A stretch of DNA of 64,000 bases. It comes from Haliotis rubra. Its lineage: Eukaryota. Shown here piece by piece: positions 63,787 through 64,000 of the stretch. The notes below the pieces were generated by a model that ran no database searches, was not told the DNA's origin, and saw only the letters and a list, made by a program, of their open reading frames with translations. The stretch lies in assembly GCF_003918875.1 (NCBI RefSeq), contig NW_025765014.1:124001-188000 (forward strand), given 5' to 3'. Position 1 is the first letter of the stretch; the number at the start of each line of letters is the position of its first letter. A program made the position numbers and the translations under genes.

Positions 63787-64000
63787 GTGAGTGAGTTGGA
63801 GAGTTTAGTTTTACGCCGCACTCGGCAAAATTCCAGCTATATGGAGGCGGTCTGTAAATAATCGTGTCTGGACCAGACAATCCAGTGATCAAGAGCATGA
63901 GCATCGATCTGTGCAATTGGGAACCGATGACATGTCAACCAAGTCAGCGAGCCTGACCACCCGATCCCGTAAGTCGCCTCTTAGGACAAGCATGGGTTAC
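63787..64000 (-). mobile_element. SINE family C (Nin/Deu-like domain), running off the window end
   Basis: On the minus strand: acccatgcttgtcctaagaggcgact (Nin-like core), tail gctggaattttgccgagtgcggcgtaaaact, and actc repeats. Confidence 0.8.

Overview
Eukaryotic, AT-rich and repeat-dense genomic DNA. The SINE repertoire (tRNA-head SINEs with Meta/MESC-type and Nin/Deu-type bodies) suggests a mollusc, possibly an abalone-like gastropod; this is inference only. The first ~50 kb is the 3' part of a plus-strand TACC (transforming acidic coiled-coil) gene. It has an upstream internal exon at 4254-4308, a ~27 kb intron holding candidate alternative first exons, linker exons, and six exons encoding the C-terminal TACC coiled coil ending ...ELTAICDELISKVGVE* at 41892. 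One of those six exons carries a 1-nt frameshift, probably an assembly error. A long 3' UTR probably follows. Beyond ~52 kb the composition changes (CpG reappears, strand skew flips). This part holds a full-length but frameshifted Tc1-family transposon (53501-55013), a minus-strand two-BIR IAP gene with a kB-site cluster upstream, a 5'-truncated LINE, and an E-box-rich minisatellite. About a dozen minisatellites, more than 15 SINE copies (many with TSDs), hAT/pogo MITEs and Penelope-like palindromic relics are interspersed. I found no rRNA, true tRNA or CRISPR, and no convincingly novel protein system. The most unusual items are a 106-bp satellite built from a B-box-deleted SINE head, the multi-promoter/microexon TACC architecture, hammerhead-core-bearing palindromic relics, and the regulatory context of the IAP gene. 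All analysis was by eye, with no database searches.
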